Of a DNA stretch of 64,000 nt, positions 32,243-52,400 are shown piece by piece (the first letter of the stretch is position 1; the number at the start of each line of letters is the position of its first letter). Source of the DNA: Hormiphora californensis (taxonomy: Eukaryota; Animalia; Ctenophora). Under the pieces are notes generated by a model. That model made no database searches and was not told the DNA's origin. It was given only the letters and a program-made list of their open reading frames with translations. Location: contig CM035351.1 in NCBI GenBank assembly GCA_020137815.1, positions 2,666,001 to 2,730,000 of the forward strand, in the 5' to 3' direction. A program made the translations under genes and the position numbers.

Positions 32243-33945
32243 CGGGAACCACCCAGGGCGATTCCAGCGCCATGCCCATGTATGCATGCGGTCTTATGCC
32301 TCTTGTTCTTACCCTTAGGGATGTGAAGAAGATCAGGCAGATACTTTATGCGGATGATGCCGGCGGTGGAGGAACTCTGGAGGTGGTTCGGGAGTGGTGG
32401 GATAGGGTGAAGGAGGATGGACCTGGATATGGATACTACCCGGAACCTTCCAAGAGTTGGCTCATTGTAAAAGAAGAACACGGGCAGCGAGCCAAGAAGC
32501 TGTTTCCAGATGTTAACATCACCATGGCTGGGCAAAAGTATCTAGGCTCGTTCATCGGGATGGAAAAAGGGAAGAAAGTGGAGAAATGGGTAGTGGAGAT
32601 AAAGGAGTTGTGCGAAATCGCCAAGACAGAACCTCAGCTAGCATACTCGGCCTACACGATCGGGCTAAGCAAGCGGTGGAGCTACCTCATGCGAACGACG
32701 CCCAACATCAGCTCGGAGTTACATCCCATCGAGAAGACTATCAGAGAAGAGCTTATACCAGCTATCACGGGACAACCCTTTGTAACTGATAAGCTGCGAG
32801 CCATCATGGCTCTTCCAGCAAGACTCGGTGGCATGGGAATCGAAAAGCCCTGCGAAATAGCTGACCTCGAGTACAAGAATTCCAGATATGCCACCGACGA
32901 CCTTGTCAAGTCCATCCTCAACCAAGACCTGAGATACAAGCGAGACGAGGCTAGTGAGAAGCTGGCGATGAGAAACATCAAGGCAGTAAAAAACAAATTT
33001 CACGAAAAACGAAGAGATGAGATCAAGGAGAAGCTAACTAAACGGGAAGGGCGGAACTTGGATCTTCTGGAAGAGAAAGGAGCGTCGACCTGGCTTACAT
33101 GTATACCTCTACAAACACACAGGTATACGCTGAACCGGCAAGAATTTCATGATGCCCTCTCAGCCAGATACGACATGCCGGTCGTCGGAGAAGCTCGGGC
33201 CGTGGAATGTGCTTGTGGGGAGAAGAACTCCATCGCTCACTCAATGTCATGCAAAATGGGAAAGTTCGTACAAAACCGTCACAACTGTGTGCGGGACTTT
33301 CTAGCCGCCGAACTCCAAGATGTTTGCTATGACACGAAGATTGAACCTCACCTGCTCAGTGTAGGAGGAGCGGAACTACCACCGGGGACAGTGACAGGGG
33401 ATGGAGCAAGGTTGGATATTTCGACCAGGGGATTCTGGGGATCACAGGACTGTACCTATTTTGATGTAAGAGTTTTTGACTCAAGGGCCCAGTCCAATGA
33501 AACCGAGAACATCGCTGATTCGTATATCAACCACGAGAAAGAGAAGAAGAAGAAATATGTTCACCGAGTAACAGAAATCGAGAAAGCGTCGTTCACGCCG
33601 CTAGTGATGTCCATAACAGGAGGCTTCGGCACTGAATTCAAAATGTTCCTGAAGCAACTCGCCACAAAGAAGGCCCAGAAGACCGGCCACTCTTATGAGG
33701 AATGTATCAGGCACCTGCGGACTCGGCTGTCATTCTCTATGGTGAGGTCAATTACCTGTTCTATCCGAGGATACCGAGGAAGGAGCAGGCGTGATCTGCC
33801 TACAACGGACCTCTATCATATATATTAGCTTTTTACTGTCACATTTATCATGCTCTTATCTGTGTAGCCAGATGGCTAGTTCGCTGTTTTTATAGAAATG
33901 AATTTGTTAGGCCGGATGCATGTGGCCTCTTTTATTATTGTTATT
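32243..33945 (+). mobile_element. 5'-truncated CRE-clade non-LTR retrotransposon (RT C-half, CCHC zinc finger, restriction-like endonuclease); ORF ends 33828
   Basis: GTTQGD, YADD, KYLG, LPARLGGMGI, CACG..HSMSC, RHN, ARLDISTRGFW, FDVRV, EKKKKY and FTPLVMSITGG. A (TTA)-like tail lies at ~33930-33945. Confidence 0.88.
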
Positions 33946-35110
33946 TCTCCTCCGTTTTTTTCAAAAACGACCGAAACTGTTAATTGACAAAAGCCCGGTT
34001 CTGCAATCTATGATCGATACGAGGGTACTGTTTGGTAATGAAATTACCTCTCTGTTATATGCAATAAAAGGGGTGACTTCGTCGTCGACACTTCGGTGTT
34101 GTACCAGTTTTTAGGTTCACTCTGTGACCAATTGTGGATGTGCATTGTGAATATGAACTTGAAACTTCACAATTTATATCGAGTCAATATAAGAAAATAT
34201 ATGACTCTCCCGCTCTTACACTATACGTATAAAATATAGTTAAAAATTAAGTACATTAATATACTGCATTTTGTTAGACCCCGGTCCCCACTTTCCGGTG
34301 TCAATTTGTTGTTTCTTCAAAAAGTCATCGCGCAACTAGTTCCCCAACTACCCTTTTTAAAAGAAGTTAAAAGTTTCATACTAAATTGGCTGTAAACGGA
34401 TAGAATATTCTGAAATACGAAATAGAGAACGGGGATCACTACTTTGATTCCTCTGACTCCTGAAACGCCACAGACCTCTAGTCCCCGCATGGTTTGGTAA
34501 AAAGTCGCCATCCTGTTACACTTTCAACTAAAGTAGACAATACAGAGATCACTCTGGTGCTTTCTTACACCAAATTCAACTTCTGTTACGCACTTGAATC
34601 AAACACTTTAGGTGTCAATTATTTACAGCCATTTACAGCATTAAAACCTATCCACGTATCATGTAAAGAATCTTCCCTCATATCACTCCTGTTATTTGTA
34701 TTGTGCCCAAGGAAGCAAATAACTGTGATTGTGGACCCCCCAATCACAGTTATTTGACCACAATGTGGGGTCTCAGCTTGTGACGTTAAATAGGTAAAAG
34801 CCATTTACTCTCAGGCGTTGAGATTTAAGTGATCATGCTTGCAAATGAAGGTGCTCAGCCAAAATGCGACCTCTCATCTTTCTTTTGCTGCTATGTCCCA
34901 CCTCCCTCCTTGGTGAATCACCGGAGCAATCACCGGAACCGTTTTGTACGGTAAGTACTGTACGGCTTGGTGGCGCACTCACTCGTTGAGTTGTTTTGCC
35001 GCGCTTCGCACGTGGAGTTGTAAGGGTGACTGCGTCATCAACTGTACGGCTATGACCAATACACAACCATGAATAAAAGACATGTTATTGTAACCTCACT
35101 TATATTGAAG

Positions 35111-41835
<6,725 letters not shown>

Positions 41836-42360
41836 GTTAAGATGTTAGACAAGCTATAAGTAGTACTCCGAGGATGACACGATGTTGTTAAACAGACTAA
41901 TAAATTGTATTGTAGAGATAGTGTATTGGATGAACATTGTACCTATGTGATATGATAACTTGTAGAATTTGTGAAAACTAAATGTGTTAGATGATTTTCT
42001 TGAAGCTATTTGTTTTTAATGCAAATATCTTTCCTCTAACCAAAGACATTTCAACGGTAAACACATTTGACATGTTACCAGTCTATCGGCTCTCAACACC
42101 GGGCGTGTGTGAAGTAAGGTTCCCCCGCGGCCACTCAATCGAGGTGTTTGGCTTCATCGCCACCAGTTAGACTTAGAGATATAATACACACATGCTTCAA
42201 GAGACATGAACCAATGTCTTGGACTTTACTTATATCACCCTAACTTCCCTTTGACACGGTCCAAGTTTCCAAATCAGTTCATTCTATCACTGTGACATCT
42301 TCGTTATAACATCGAAAGGTGATGTTCACTAACAAGTCCATCACTAGGTACATGGCATCC

Positions 42361-42480
42361 GGTTACCATGGTGATATGCTACGGTTACCATGGTGATATG
42401 CTACGGTTACCATGGTGATATGCTACGGTTACCATGGTGATATGCTACGGTTACTATGGTGATATGTTACGGTTATTATG
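42361..42480 (+). repeat. 22-bp minisatellite GGTTACCATGGTGATATGCTAC (also ~45875-45995)
   Basis: About 5 tandem copies. Confidence 0.85.
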
Positions 42481-42974
42481 ATGGGGACCGTCTGTTATCT
42501 GATCGATACCCGCTGCACACTTTATTTCTGGACCAGACTTCTGGATGTGGAACACCGGAACCCGGATTATAACTTCACCTGAAATCTAACAGGTTGGTAT
42601 CCAATTAGTCGTGGTTAGTTTGTTATGAAGAAATATGGTTACCATGCATCAATCAGTGATCTGGACATATCTGACTGCACGGTAAATAGAGGTGCACGGT
42701 AGGTGAAATATCGTTGATATGATTTTCCGTCCGAGGTTCCGGTAAATCGAGTTTTACCGTTTAGTGCATCTTTCCGCTACATGCATGATGCAGATTGCAG
42801 GAACCCCTGGCTAGCCATGGATTGACCTGAATCAGCAACTGTTTCAAAACTCCCAAGACGGCATCCGGGTGAATGCCTTCGGCATTCACCCGGGCGGGGA
42901 AAAAATATGAGATATATGAATTAAAAACTGCAGAATTTATGTTTGCCAGGTTTGATTTTTAACATTTTCTTTAG

Positions 42975-44681
42975 GAAGCTGGAGTTTGTTGTGTCATCCT
43001 ACTCGTTGATATTTAGCTTCGCAGACCTCTATCTGAAGGAACCTGACTCTGACCTCAACTCACTTCTCGACGTAGTCGTAAGTAAACTCATCATTACTAG
43101 ACATTGGTTGTACATCAGCCAAACCACGACTTACCTGACTAGGGGTGTGCACGGTATAGATAATTTAAAATGCTAAACCGATATATATCAGGTTTGACTT
43201 TACAACTCCAACCTACGTGATTTAGTGTGTACAGTATATGCACTAAACGCTTTTCATTCAGATTCAGGCAACTATTTCTGTTGCTGGCGTTGAAAATGTT
43301 GCTGGCGTTGAAGATGTGGGGGTTCCAGTTGTTATCAGTGGTAGGTAGCATGTTATAGAGTGCTAATAGGTGGCATGTCGATTGTGTAGAAATTTGTCAG
43401 CGTCTGACAATAATTTCATTGTTTGATGGCCAGGATGTAATAGAGTTAATAATTTTAGCAAAGTGAGAGAACTTAGATGATAATTAAATAACATGTTTCA
43501 TGACAGCTAACATGTTTCATGACAGCTAACATGTTTCATGACAGCTAACATGTTTCATGATGACAGCTAACATGTTTCATGACAGCTAACATGTTTCATG
43601 ACAGCTAACATTACACAGGTATATGCCCGGAATCACACCCCAATGTCTACTACCATGGTGACTACTGTTGTGCCTCCGACACAGAGAAGATCGGTGTATC
43701 GGATACTCATTGTAAAGGGGGCCCTATCACTTTGCAAAGCACCTGTTGTCACAATGACAGTTTCGTGCCGTGTACCCTGCCCCCTTGTACTAACTACATT
43801 GTCGATTATAAGAATGGAGGTGAGATGGTTATCTACCAGGAACCGACCGAATCAGGAAATACTGGTCCCTGATTGGTTCGGTCGGTTCCTGTTATCTACC
43901 CAACACGCTTACAGAGTGCAGTACGAGCCAAACAAGCTTTAACTAGAGCCTCTAGAAAATATCTTTTACTGTCTTCTTATAGCGCTAATTTCATGGTTAC
44001 CATGGGTTTTATAACGCCTCCATCCTTCAGATGGAACCCTGGTTTCTGGGACGGAGGCCACCACTGAGGACAACATCCCGGGCCTGGTCCTGAGTGAGCA
44101 AAGCATCCCTAGTCTGATCCCGAGTAAGGCAGCTTATAAAGTTGGATTATTTTTAGTTGTCACCCCCAAACTCGCATATGATATTTTGTGAAATTTATTA
44201 ATTTGTGAGTCTTGCAACATACCACATTACACGTGATAGACTCGTAAAAACGAGTGCACGAGAAGGGGGTGACAACTGTCAACTAAAAAAAATCCGACTT
44301 TAGCACACTATTCTTCGTGTTCACGTCCTATATCTGTATCAACTTATCACTTTTTACCCCCCCCCCCTCTAACATTTCCCCTCCCCCTCCCACTCTAACA
44401 TTTCCCCCCCCCCCCCTCCAACACTGATTACAAACTCCCTCCCCCCCAACATTTCCCCTCCCTCCAACACTATTTACTCCCCCTCCAACACTGTATTTAC
44501 TCCAGGTCACGTGTCGTTTGAATCCTGGTTCTCTATTGACAACCTTATCAGCAGTCAGGAGGAGACCCTACTTGACTATTTCATTTCACCTCTCGCTACT
44601 GATGGGGATGACATCCAACCATTCATTATGATAATCCCAGAGCCCCTAATAGATCCAGAAGAACAAGATTTCGACTACTAA
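42975..44681 (+). pseudogene. Duplicated 3' five exons of the Cys-rich gene (partial copy, frame apparently intact)
   Basis: Same splice sites and stop (44679-44681). Several amino-acid changes in the Cys-rich exon (VYYHGDYCCASDTEKIGVSDTHC). Confidence 0.6.
43837..43891. mobile_element. 55-bp hAT-type mini-MITE; longer relatives at 49102-49211 and 50526-50626
   Basis: 15-bp TIR CAGGAACCGACCGAA and perfect 8-bp TSD TTATCTAC. The empty site is visible in duplicate copy 1 (~41066). Confidence 0.9.
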
Positions 44682-45081
44682 GTTAAGATGTTAGACGGGC
44701 TATAAGTAGTACTCCGAGGATGACACGATGTTGTTAAACAGACTAATAAATTGTATTGTAGAGATAGTGTATTGGATGAACATTGTACCTATGTGATATG
44801 ATAACTTGTAGAATTTGTGCAAACTAAATGTGTTAGATGATTTTCTTGAAGCTATTTGTTTTTAATGCAAATATCTTTCCTCTAACCAAAGACATTTCAA
44901 CGGTAAACACATTTGACATGTTACCAGTCTATCGGCTCTCAACACCGGGCGTGTGTGAAGTAAGGTTCCCCCGCGGCCACTCAATCGAGGTGTTTGGCTT
45001 CATCGCCACCAGTTAGACTTAGAGATATAATACACACATGCTTCAAGAGACATGAACCAATGTCTTGGACTTTACTTATAT

Positions 45082-45749
45082 GAGGCATAAACTCTTGCCA
45101 GTGGCGCGTTATTTCAGATACCTTTCTCCCAGCGCGCCGCTGGGAGAAGGTAGCTGTAGTTTATCCGCCACTGGCGGATAAACTGGTTTAAATCACGACG
45201 ACGATCCCGAGGCGTAGCCGAGGGAGAGGCGGAGGGGTTTAAACCTATAACGCGTCTGTGGCAAGAGTTTATAGGTTATATACCCTGCTTTAGTTGTTTG
45301 TTACAAGTATTACACACTAACAAGAGAGAGAACACTAATCAAAACACACAAAGAGAACTGAGAAACAGTCAAAAACATCTCTCAATTGAGTGTACATTGT
45401 TTGGTAACAGTTACTAAGGAGAGAGAGAAAGAAATAACAAGATATGGGGCATGCCAGACATAACACAGAGGAATTGAGATAGTGAAACAAAAGGGAAGAT
45501 AAAGAGAGAGTAATTGGCGGAATGTGTTGTTTCTTTCTCTCCAATTTAGTGTGTAACTCTTCCAAACAGTGTTCCCTCTGTATTTCAGTAAGAACTGATC
45601 ATTTACACACACTTTGAATGTAACATAGGAGTTAAAAATAAATAACCTGCCAGTGGGAAATAATCTGCCGCTGGACTGGCTGGTTATCGAGAGCGCGCTA
45701 GTGGGACTTCTCGCCACTGGCGCATTATTTAAGTTAGCAGGGTATATAT
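45082..45749. mobile_element. ~670-bp TATA-site insertion with two consecutive inverted-repeat modules
   Basis: Absent from copy 1 (~42230), with TATAT on both sides. ATAAACTCTTGCCA..TGGCAAGAGTTTAT is followed by ATATACCCTGCT..AGCAGGGTATAT, with a central CGAGGCGTAGCCGAGG motif. Confidence 0.8.
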
Positions 45750-46499
45750 CACCCTAACTTCCCTTTGACACGGTCCAAGTTTCCAAATCAGTTCATTCTA
45801 TCACTGTGACATCTTCGTTATAACATCGAAAGGTGATGTTCACTAACAAGTCCATCACTAGGTACATGGCATCCGGTTACCATGGTGATATGCTACGGTT
45901 ACCATGGTGATATGCTACGGTTACCATGGTGATATGCTACGGTTACCATGGTGATATGCTACGGTTACTATGGTGATATGTTACGGTTATTATGATGGGG
46001 ACCGTCTGTTATCTGATCGATACCCGCTGCACACTTTATTTCTGGACCAGACTTCTGGATGTGGAACACCGGAACCCGGATTATAACTTCACCTGAAATC
46101 TAACAGGTTGGTATCCAATTAGTCGTGGTTAGTTTGTTATGAAGAAATATGGTTACCATGCATCAATCAGTGATCTGGACATATCTGACTGCACGGTAAA
46201 TAGAGGTGCACGGTAGGTGAAATATCGTTGATATGATTTTCCGTCCGAGGTTCCGGTAAATCGAGTTTTACCGTTTAGTGCATCTTTCCGCTACATGCAT
46301 GATGCAGATTGCAGGAACCCCTGGCTAGCCATGGATTGACCTGAATCAGCAACTGTTTCAAAACTCCCAAGACGGTTTATGGGCGGAAGGCGCGCGCATC
46401 GCAAACTTATTAAAACACATCAATGAAGTCTTGCGCGCGGAAATTCATTCTCTCCAGTCTTCCACACGCGTCCATAATTTAGGGAAAATTAGCTTTGAT

Positions 46500-47441
46500 C
46501 TAGGGAAAAATTTGTAACAAGCTAATTCCTTCACCAATTGGTCCCGATGGGTCCCTAGAATCACCAAAAAAAAATCACAAAAAATCCGTGATGGCGAAGT
46601 TGGGTTTTTGGACCACGCCCTTTTACCTGTATTTTCAGTCATGTGGTCAAAATGTAAATTCTCTTAGGAAAGGAGTAGAGACAAATCTAAGGACATTAAA
46701 ATGTGTAGCGTCCTCGCATTAGTGGGGGTAGACGCCCATGAAAAGTCTCTATCTCATTTGGTTAATTAGATAATTGGATAATTAGATACGCGCATAGCCG
46801 TTTTTGGCCATATGGCTATAGCCACTTAGGAATGGTTTAGAGACTTTTCACTGGTGCCATTTTGTAGGCAATGGCCAAGTTATGGGGGGTCGATGTCGGA
46901 CTTTTAAGCTCTATCTCCAACCGTTTAGCCGTTATTTGGCTTTAAAGATGCTCAAAATGAGCAAAAAACGGTAAAAAGCCGGATTTTGAGCACATTTAAA
47001 GTCAAATAACGGCTAAACGGTTGGAGATAGAGCTTAAAAGTCCGACGTCGACCCCCCATAACTTGGCCATTGCCTACAAAATGGCACCAGTGAAAAGTCT
47101 CTAAACCATTCCTAAGTGGCTATAGCCATATGGCCAAAAACGGCTATGCGCGTATCTAATTATCCAATTATCTAATTAACCAAATGAGATAGAGACTTTT
47201 CATGGGCGTCTACCCCCACTAATGCGAGGACGCTACACATTTTAATGTCCTTAGATTTGTCTCTACTCCTTTCCTAAGAGAATTTACATTTTGACCACAT
47301 GACTGAAAATACAGGTAAAAGGGCGTGGTCCAAAAACCCAACTTCGCCATCACGGATTTTTTGTGATTTTTTTTTGGTGATTCTAGGGACCCATCGGGAC
47401 CAATTGGTGAAGGAATTAGCTTGTTACAAATTTTTCCCTAG
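46500..47441. mobile_element. ~940-bp near-perfect palindrome (foldback element core)
   Basis: Arms of ~445 bp are near-identical inverses around a short imperfect centre at ~46945-47000. Confidence 0.85.
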
Positions 47442-47579
47442 TTTTGGCCATTATTTAGCTAAAATTCCCTTATTACCAGTAGAGAAATCGTCTCGACTTC
47501 TTCAGACTGGTTATGTTCAGACAGTCTCATATTACAAGAACAATTGCTATGTACAATCAAACGTCCAACGCTCATATCT

Positions 47580-48581
47580 TATGCTTATACATGGAGGTCT
47601 TCCAAAGAAGCTCATTGCCCGCCTTCAGAAGGTGCTTAATTCCTGTGTTAGGTTAATCTATGGACTTCATGGTCATCAAGATGATTACCTGCCCTACCTG
47701 AGAGAGACTCACATTCTCCCTATCGAGCAACGTGTTGTCTTCAAATCATGTCTTATGGCCTACAAGATCATACATGGAAGTGCTCCAGACTACCTCTGTG
47801 AGCAAATACCTGCGGACAATGTACTGGATGTACCCCGCCGGACCAGAGCGACTACTGTGCCCGATCTCTTTAAGCTCCGGTACCCCAAACTGTCGAGTGT
47901 GAATGCCAGTTCTAAACTGAGGAAGAGGAGACCGTCAGTTCTCCTACCGGACCTTTGGAATGCCCTCCCCCTCGATCTGAGGTCGTTGACCACTGTGGAA
48001 TCGTTTAAGACTCGTCTCAAGACAAGACTGTTCGTGGAATCCTTTGGGGCTGACTAGTTGTGTCTTTCCTCCTTCCGGATTTCCCCTATCGCTATCCTAT
48101 CACTCGCTGTACTGTATCAGGTAAGGCGTGTGTTTGTACTGTGTGTCCCTCGTGACAAGTTTTTCTAGCACATCTTTTTGGGTTTGAAGCACGAGTGTCT
48201 GAGTGTGTAATGCTATTTTTATTCAGTGTTCAGTTTCCGCTTTTTCCTGGGCGATGTCTGTGTTGAGGGTGGTTCAGAGATTTATCTGAACCTTTTTTGA
48301 TCTGATAAAGTTTTTTGGAGAGGTGTAAAGGTTGTAGAGGATATTTTTTGAAGCTATATTTTTTGTCTTCTTACCATGTATGTCTGTTATGAATCCGATT
48401 GTATTTCTTCCATCTCATGAGAGCAGGTTAATTTGGTTTTTACCACCGTTTTTGAATCTAATTTTGGTTGAGTGTGTGAGTAAACTGCTCTGATTATCCC
48501 TCAGTGGCAGTATTAGCTATGCTATGCTGTCCCTGGGGGATCTGGGCAGGATACAAGTCTAGATATTATTATTATTATTAT
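47580..48581 (+). mobile_element. 3' end of L2/CR1-group LINE with 3' UTR and (TTA)n tail
   Basis: GLPKKLIARLQKVLNSCVRLI..HILPIEQRVVFK..APDYL..LWNALPLDLR..SFKTRLKT (stop 48057). (TAT)n tail at ~48563-48581. Confidence 0.85.
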
Positions 48582-49493
48582 ACATGCTTATATACAGAAC
48601 ATTGCATTGGCCTGACGCTATATTCTCATTTCTCTCAAGAGAACAGTGGTCAGAGCATTGGCCTGACAGATACTTCTAGCATCTAGGCGTGTCTTATAAA
48701 ACAAGGCTGCATGATTATAAAATATCCCTTTATCAGCCACGTGACACAAAATATTCTCGAGGGGAGACTTGTCTAATTTATTAGGTTAAATGATTGAAGT
48801 TTTGTTCTTTATTATACTGATACATAGTTTATATATTTCCAGGATGGATCAGCCGAGATAAGAGGATGACAGATTGATAAATTGAAGGCAGATATATCGC
48901 AAAGGTGAGATATTCCAATGTGTCGAAATGGGGGGAATTGTTGGGGGGACCTATCGATATTTTCTTTTGCTTTTTGTTTCTCTTAGCGCTAAGTCAAGGT
49001 GTTTAGGGACCCGATTAAAACAAAATGAAGTCATCTAAAGAGTTGGTGTCAAAGAAACGTCATGTCTTACAATGCACATGTGTTCGCTCGAAACGATTAA
49101 ACAGGAACCGACCGAATCAGGAAATACTGGTCCCTGTCCTGCTGATAACCAGTCACTGTGACCTAAATAATGAGTTCTGATTGGTTGTTTACTTGTTTCG
49201 GTCGGTTCCTGCGTTTAAAAAGTTTAAATCGCATGATCAATATAATGGGGTTAGAATTGTTAAAATCGTTTAAAACAGTAATCGTCATCTTTTGCACATG
49301 GGTAATCAGTCGTATTGGCCGCCCACACAGCGCCACCAACGACGCCCAAGATACGTGGTAAGCAATCAGTGTTAGAGGCCAGTATGACGGAGAACCACCT
49401 GCGATGATGGATCTATATTTGTTTTCTGGCATCCCACAATCATTCAAACTTTTGAAGTTCGTTTCAATACAACGGAATGTCGTACATTATTAA

Positions 49494-52400
49494 TCACGAG
49501 AGAGGGGCTACCCAGTAGGAACGGTTGAAAGTGGTGGTACTGCTCTTGAGAAGGATCGGGCGATCTGGGACTTTGTTCTCACCTAGTTGGGCTCGTATAC
49601 TCTTAGCCTCGTTCACCCTGGACGTTCTGAGGTTCAATAAAAACTTAAAATATACTCCACTTTCAATAATTACGAAACAGTAGTAATACACGCATGATAA
49701 TGGGACTAACTAGGTTCTCTTGATTAATAAGATACTCGCATCACACATTTGATACCTTGTTGAAAAGATAAGGTAAAGGAGGGGGTTAAGGAAGTTGTTG
49801 ATGGTCAGCATTGTCATGACAAACTGGCTGTATTTCCGTTCCGCCTCTCGACCAAGCTTCGCCGCCCACTCTGGTCTGCGTGATGACGGGGAATAAAATT
49901 ACAGGCTACTACTTTTTTTATAATTGTACTTTGGTGTTATCAAGATTTGATAGGTATGTAATATACCTACCTAGTAAAAATAGCAGTGACTGCTATTCTA
50001 TTTCGGTATAACGTAGTTCCAATAATTATTGCATGTCTCACAGTGCATGACTTCATTGCACAACGCAAGAGACCATAACGGGTGTTACCCGACAAATTGG
50101 TAGGGCAGAAGTCAGTGGGCGGGTGCTTACCTGACAAATTCCAATTACCAAAGACAGGCAGTCATAATTGGACAACTTGTTTCTCGAGATGATCTCACCT
50201 CATAATGATACAAATGTAGATGGTGAAGGGTATGTAGCAGATACAGAATGCTATCAGCAGGGAAATTATCATACGGGTCAGATCGTACTCGACCCGCCTC
50301 ATGAACTTTCGACACACATTCCTTGGCTGGGTCTGGAAGAGGTTAAGGAATCATGTGTCTACTAGCACTAGATATATGTCACTCCTCTAGATAAAAAGCA
50401 GTATTGTTTCAGAATGTTTTGAGGAAGGGAATCACCGGAGATTCGCAGATAAGTAGTAACTATAGAAGGTCGATCACTAAATGTATAGGCTGGTGGGTTA
50501 CTCTACCGTACCCGGTACCCATGGGCAGGAACCTACCGAAACAAGTAAACAACCAATCAGAACTCGTTATTTAGCCTCGTTAACAGCCAATCAGAGACCA
50601 GTATTTCCTGATTCGGTCGGTTCCTGCCCATTAGTCCTTCGCAATCGTGGCAGGTGCACAGTTGCTCGACAGTCTATTTCTGGCTGCTATTTCTGGCTGC
50701 TATTTCTGGCTGCAAGACCTATTTCTGGCTGCTATTTCTGGCTGCAAGACCTATTTCTGGCTGCTAGACCTATTTCTGGCTGCAAGCAGCCAGAAATAGA
50801 TTTAGCAGCCAGAAATAGATTTTAGCAGCCAGAAATAGGGTTTCTCTCACGTGATCTCTCTATCTCTGTATGGGATACGAGAGACGAATCGGTGAAGTAA
50901 TTCGGTATCTGCAACTAATTGGGTATGGATACGGGAGACGAATCGGTGAAATGATTCGGTATCTGCAACTAATTGGGTATGGGATACGGGACCTGCCAAA
51001 TTAGTTGCAGATCGAGTATGGCGTTGTCCTCAGTCAGGCGCTGCTGCTGGACGTGTTGGCGAGGAAGATGGTGGTCGCATAGGAACTGGTCCTTCTTCTT
51101 CTTCTGGGAGGACGCTGGCTAGTGCGAAGCACTAGCCAGTAAGGGGTGGGTGCCATGTGGCTCCCGTTCCCCGTCCTGGGTGGTGTGGCTGGTATGTTGC
51201 CAGCTGCTTCGGCCCAATGGGAATTGGGGATCTGGTGCCATACCAGGTCACAGGGGAAACCTCCCTTTAAGGGGTGGTTTCAGGGGGGTGAAGTATATCC
51301 ATCGCCTTCTTATAGAACGATATCGTTTTTCTAAGGGGTTGATGGTGTCTAATTTCGTACATGCTGAGGCGCAGCCTGTCAAAGGATTCCTGTCGGAGTT
51401 TCCAGAGGGCGGGGCATTCAGTGAGTACATGCTTTATTGTCTCATCTTCCATCCCACATGCTGCACAGGTTGTGGTCTCGACTTTCTTTAGTTTTTTCAA
51501 GTGATAGTTCAGGTATTATAATGGATTGTCATAATGAGTCCCACCCACCTTGTTTGTGACACGAGGCATGAAAAGTTACACGATAAGAGATCTATTTATC
51601 GGTGATTTGACGCAATGGGTGTGATAACACATATTCGATGGCGTAAATTTCAAGTTTGGAGCTAGGGGACCGGTAAAACAAAAGAGGTGCCTCTCGTATC
51701 CCATACCCAGTTAGTTGCAGATACTGAATCACTTCACCGATTCGTTTCCCGTATCCCATACCAAATTAGTTGCAGATACCGAATTATTTCACCGATTCGT
51801 CTACCGTATCCCATACCAAATTAGTTGCAGATACCGAATTATTTCACCGATTCGTCTACCGTATCCCATACCAAATTAGTTGCAGATACCGAATTATTTC
51901 ACCGATTCGTCTACCGTATCCCATACCCAATTACAGTTACAGATACCAAATCACTTCACCGATTCGTCTCTCGTATCCCATACAGAGATAGAGAGATCAC
52001 GTGAGAGAAAACCTATTTCTGGCTGCTAGACCCTATTTCTGGCTGCTAAAATCTATTTCTGGCTGCTAAATCTATTTCTGGCTGCTTGCAGCCAGAAATA
52101 GGTCTAGCAGCCAGAAATAGGTCTTGCAGCCAGAAATAGCAGCCAGAAATAGCAGCCAGAAATAGCAGCCAGAAATAGACTGTCGAGCAACTGTGCACCT
52201 GCCGCAATCGTGTATTTTTTTGGGAAATTTTGGGTGGCAATTCACCACCGGTTCCAATATGACCCTAATGGTACCCCGAATCACATCTACATGGGTATAT
52301 TCTTCTTGTTTGTATCATGTTAATGTCATAATGTACCTTTCTGTACCTGTCATAATGTACCATAATGTACCTTTCTGTAAAGGAGCATGGTTACAGTGGT

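Noticed and set aside
42280-42780. Minus-strand exons within the duplicated block
   Set aside because: Candidate exons give conflicting phases or stops, so they are unsupported.
51700-51980. CRISPR-like array of regular repeats
   Set aside because: Units of ~55 bp are contiguous with no unique spacers, lie within a eukaryotic TIR arm, and there are no cas genes.
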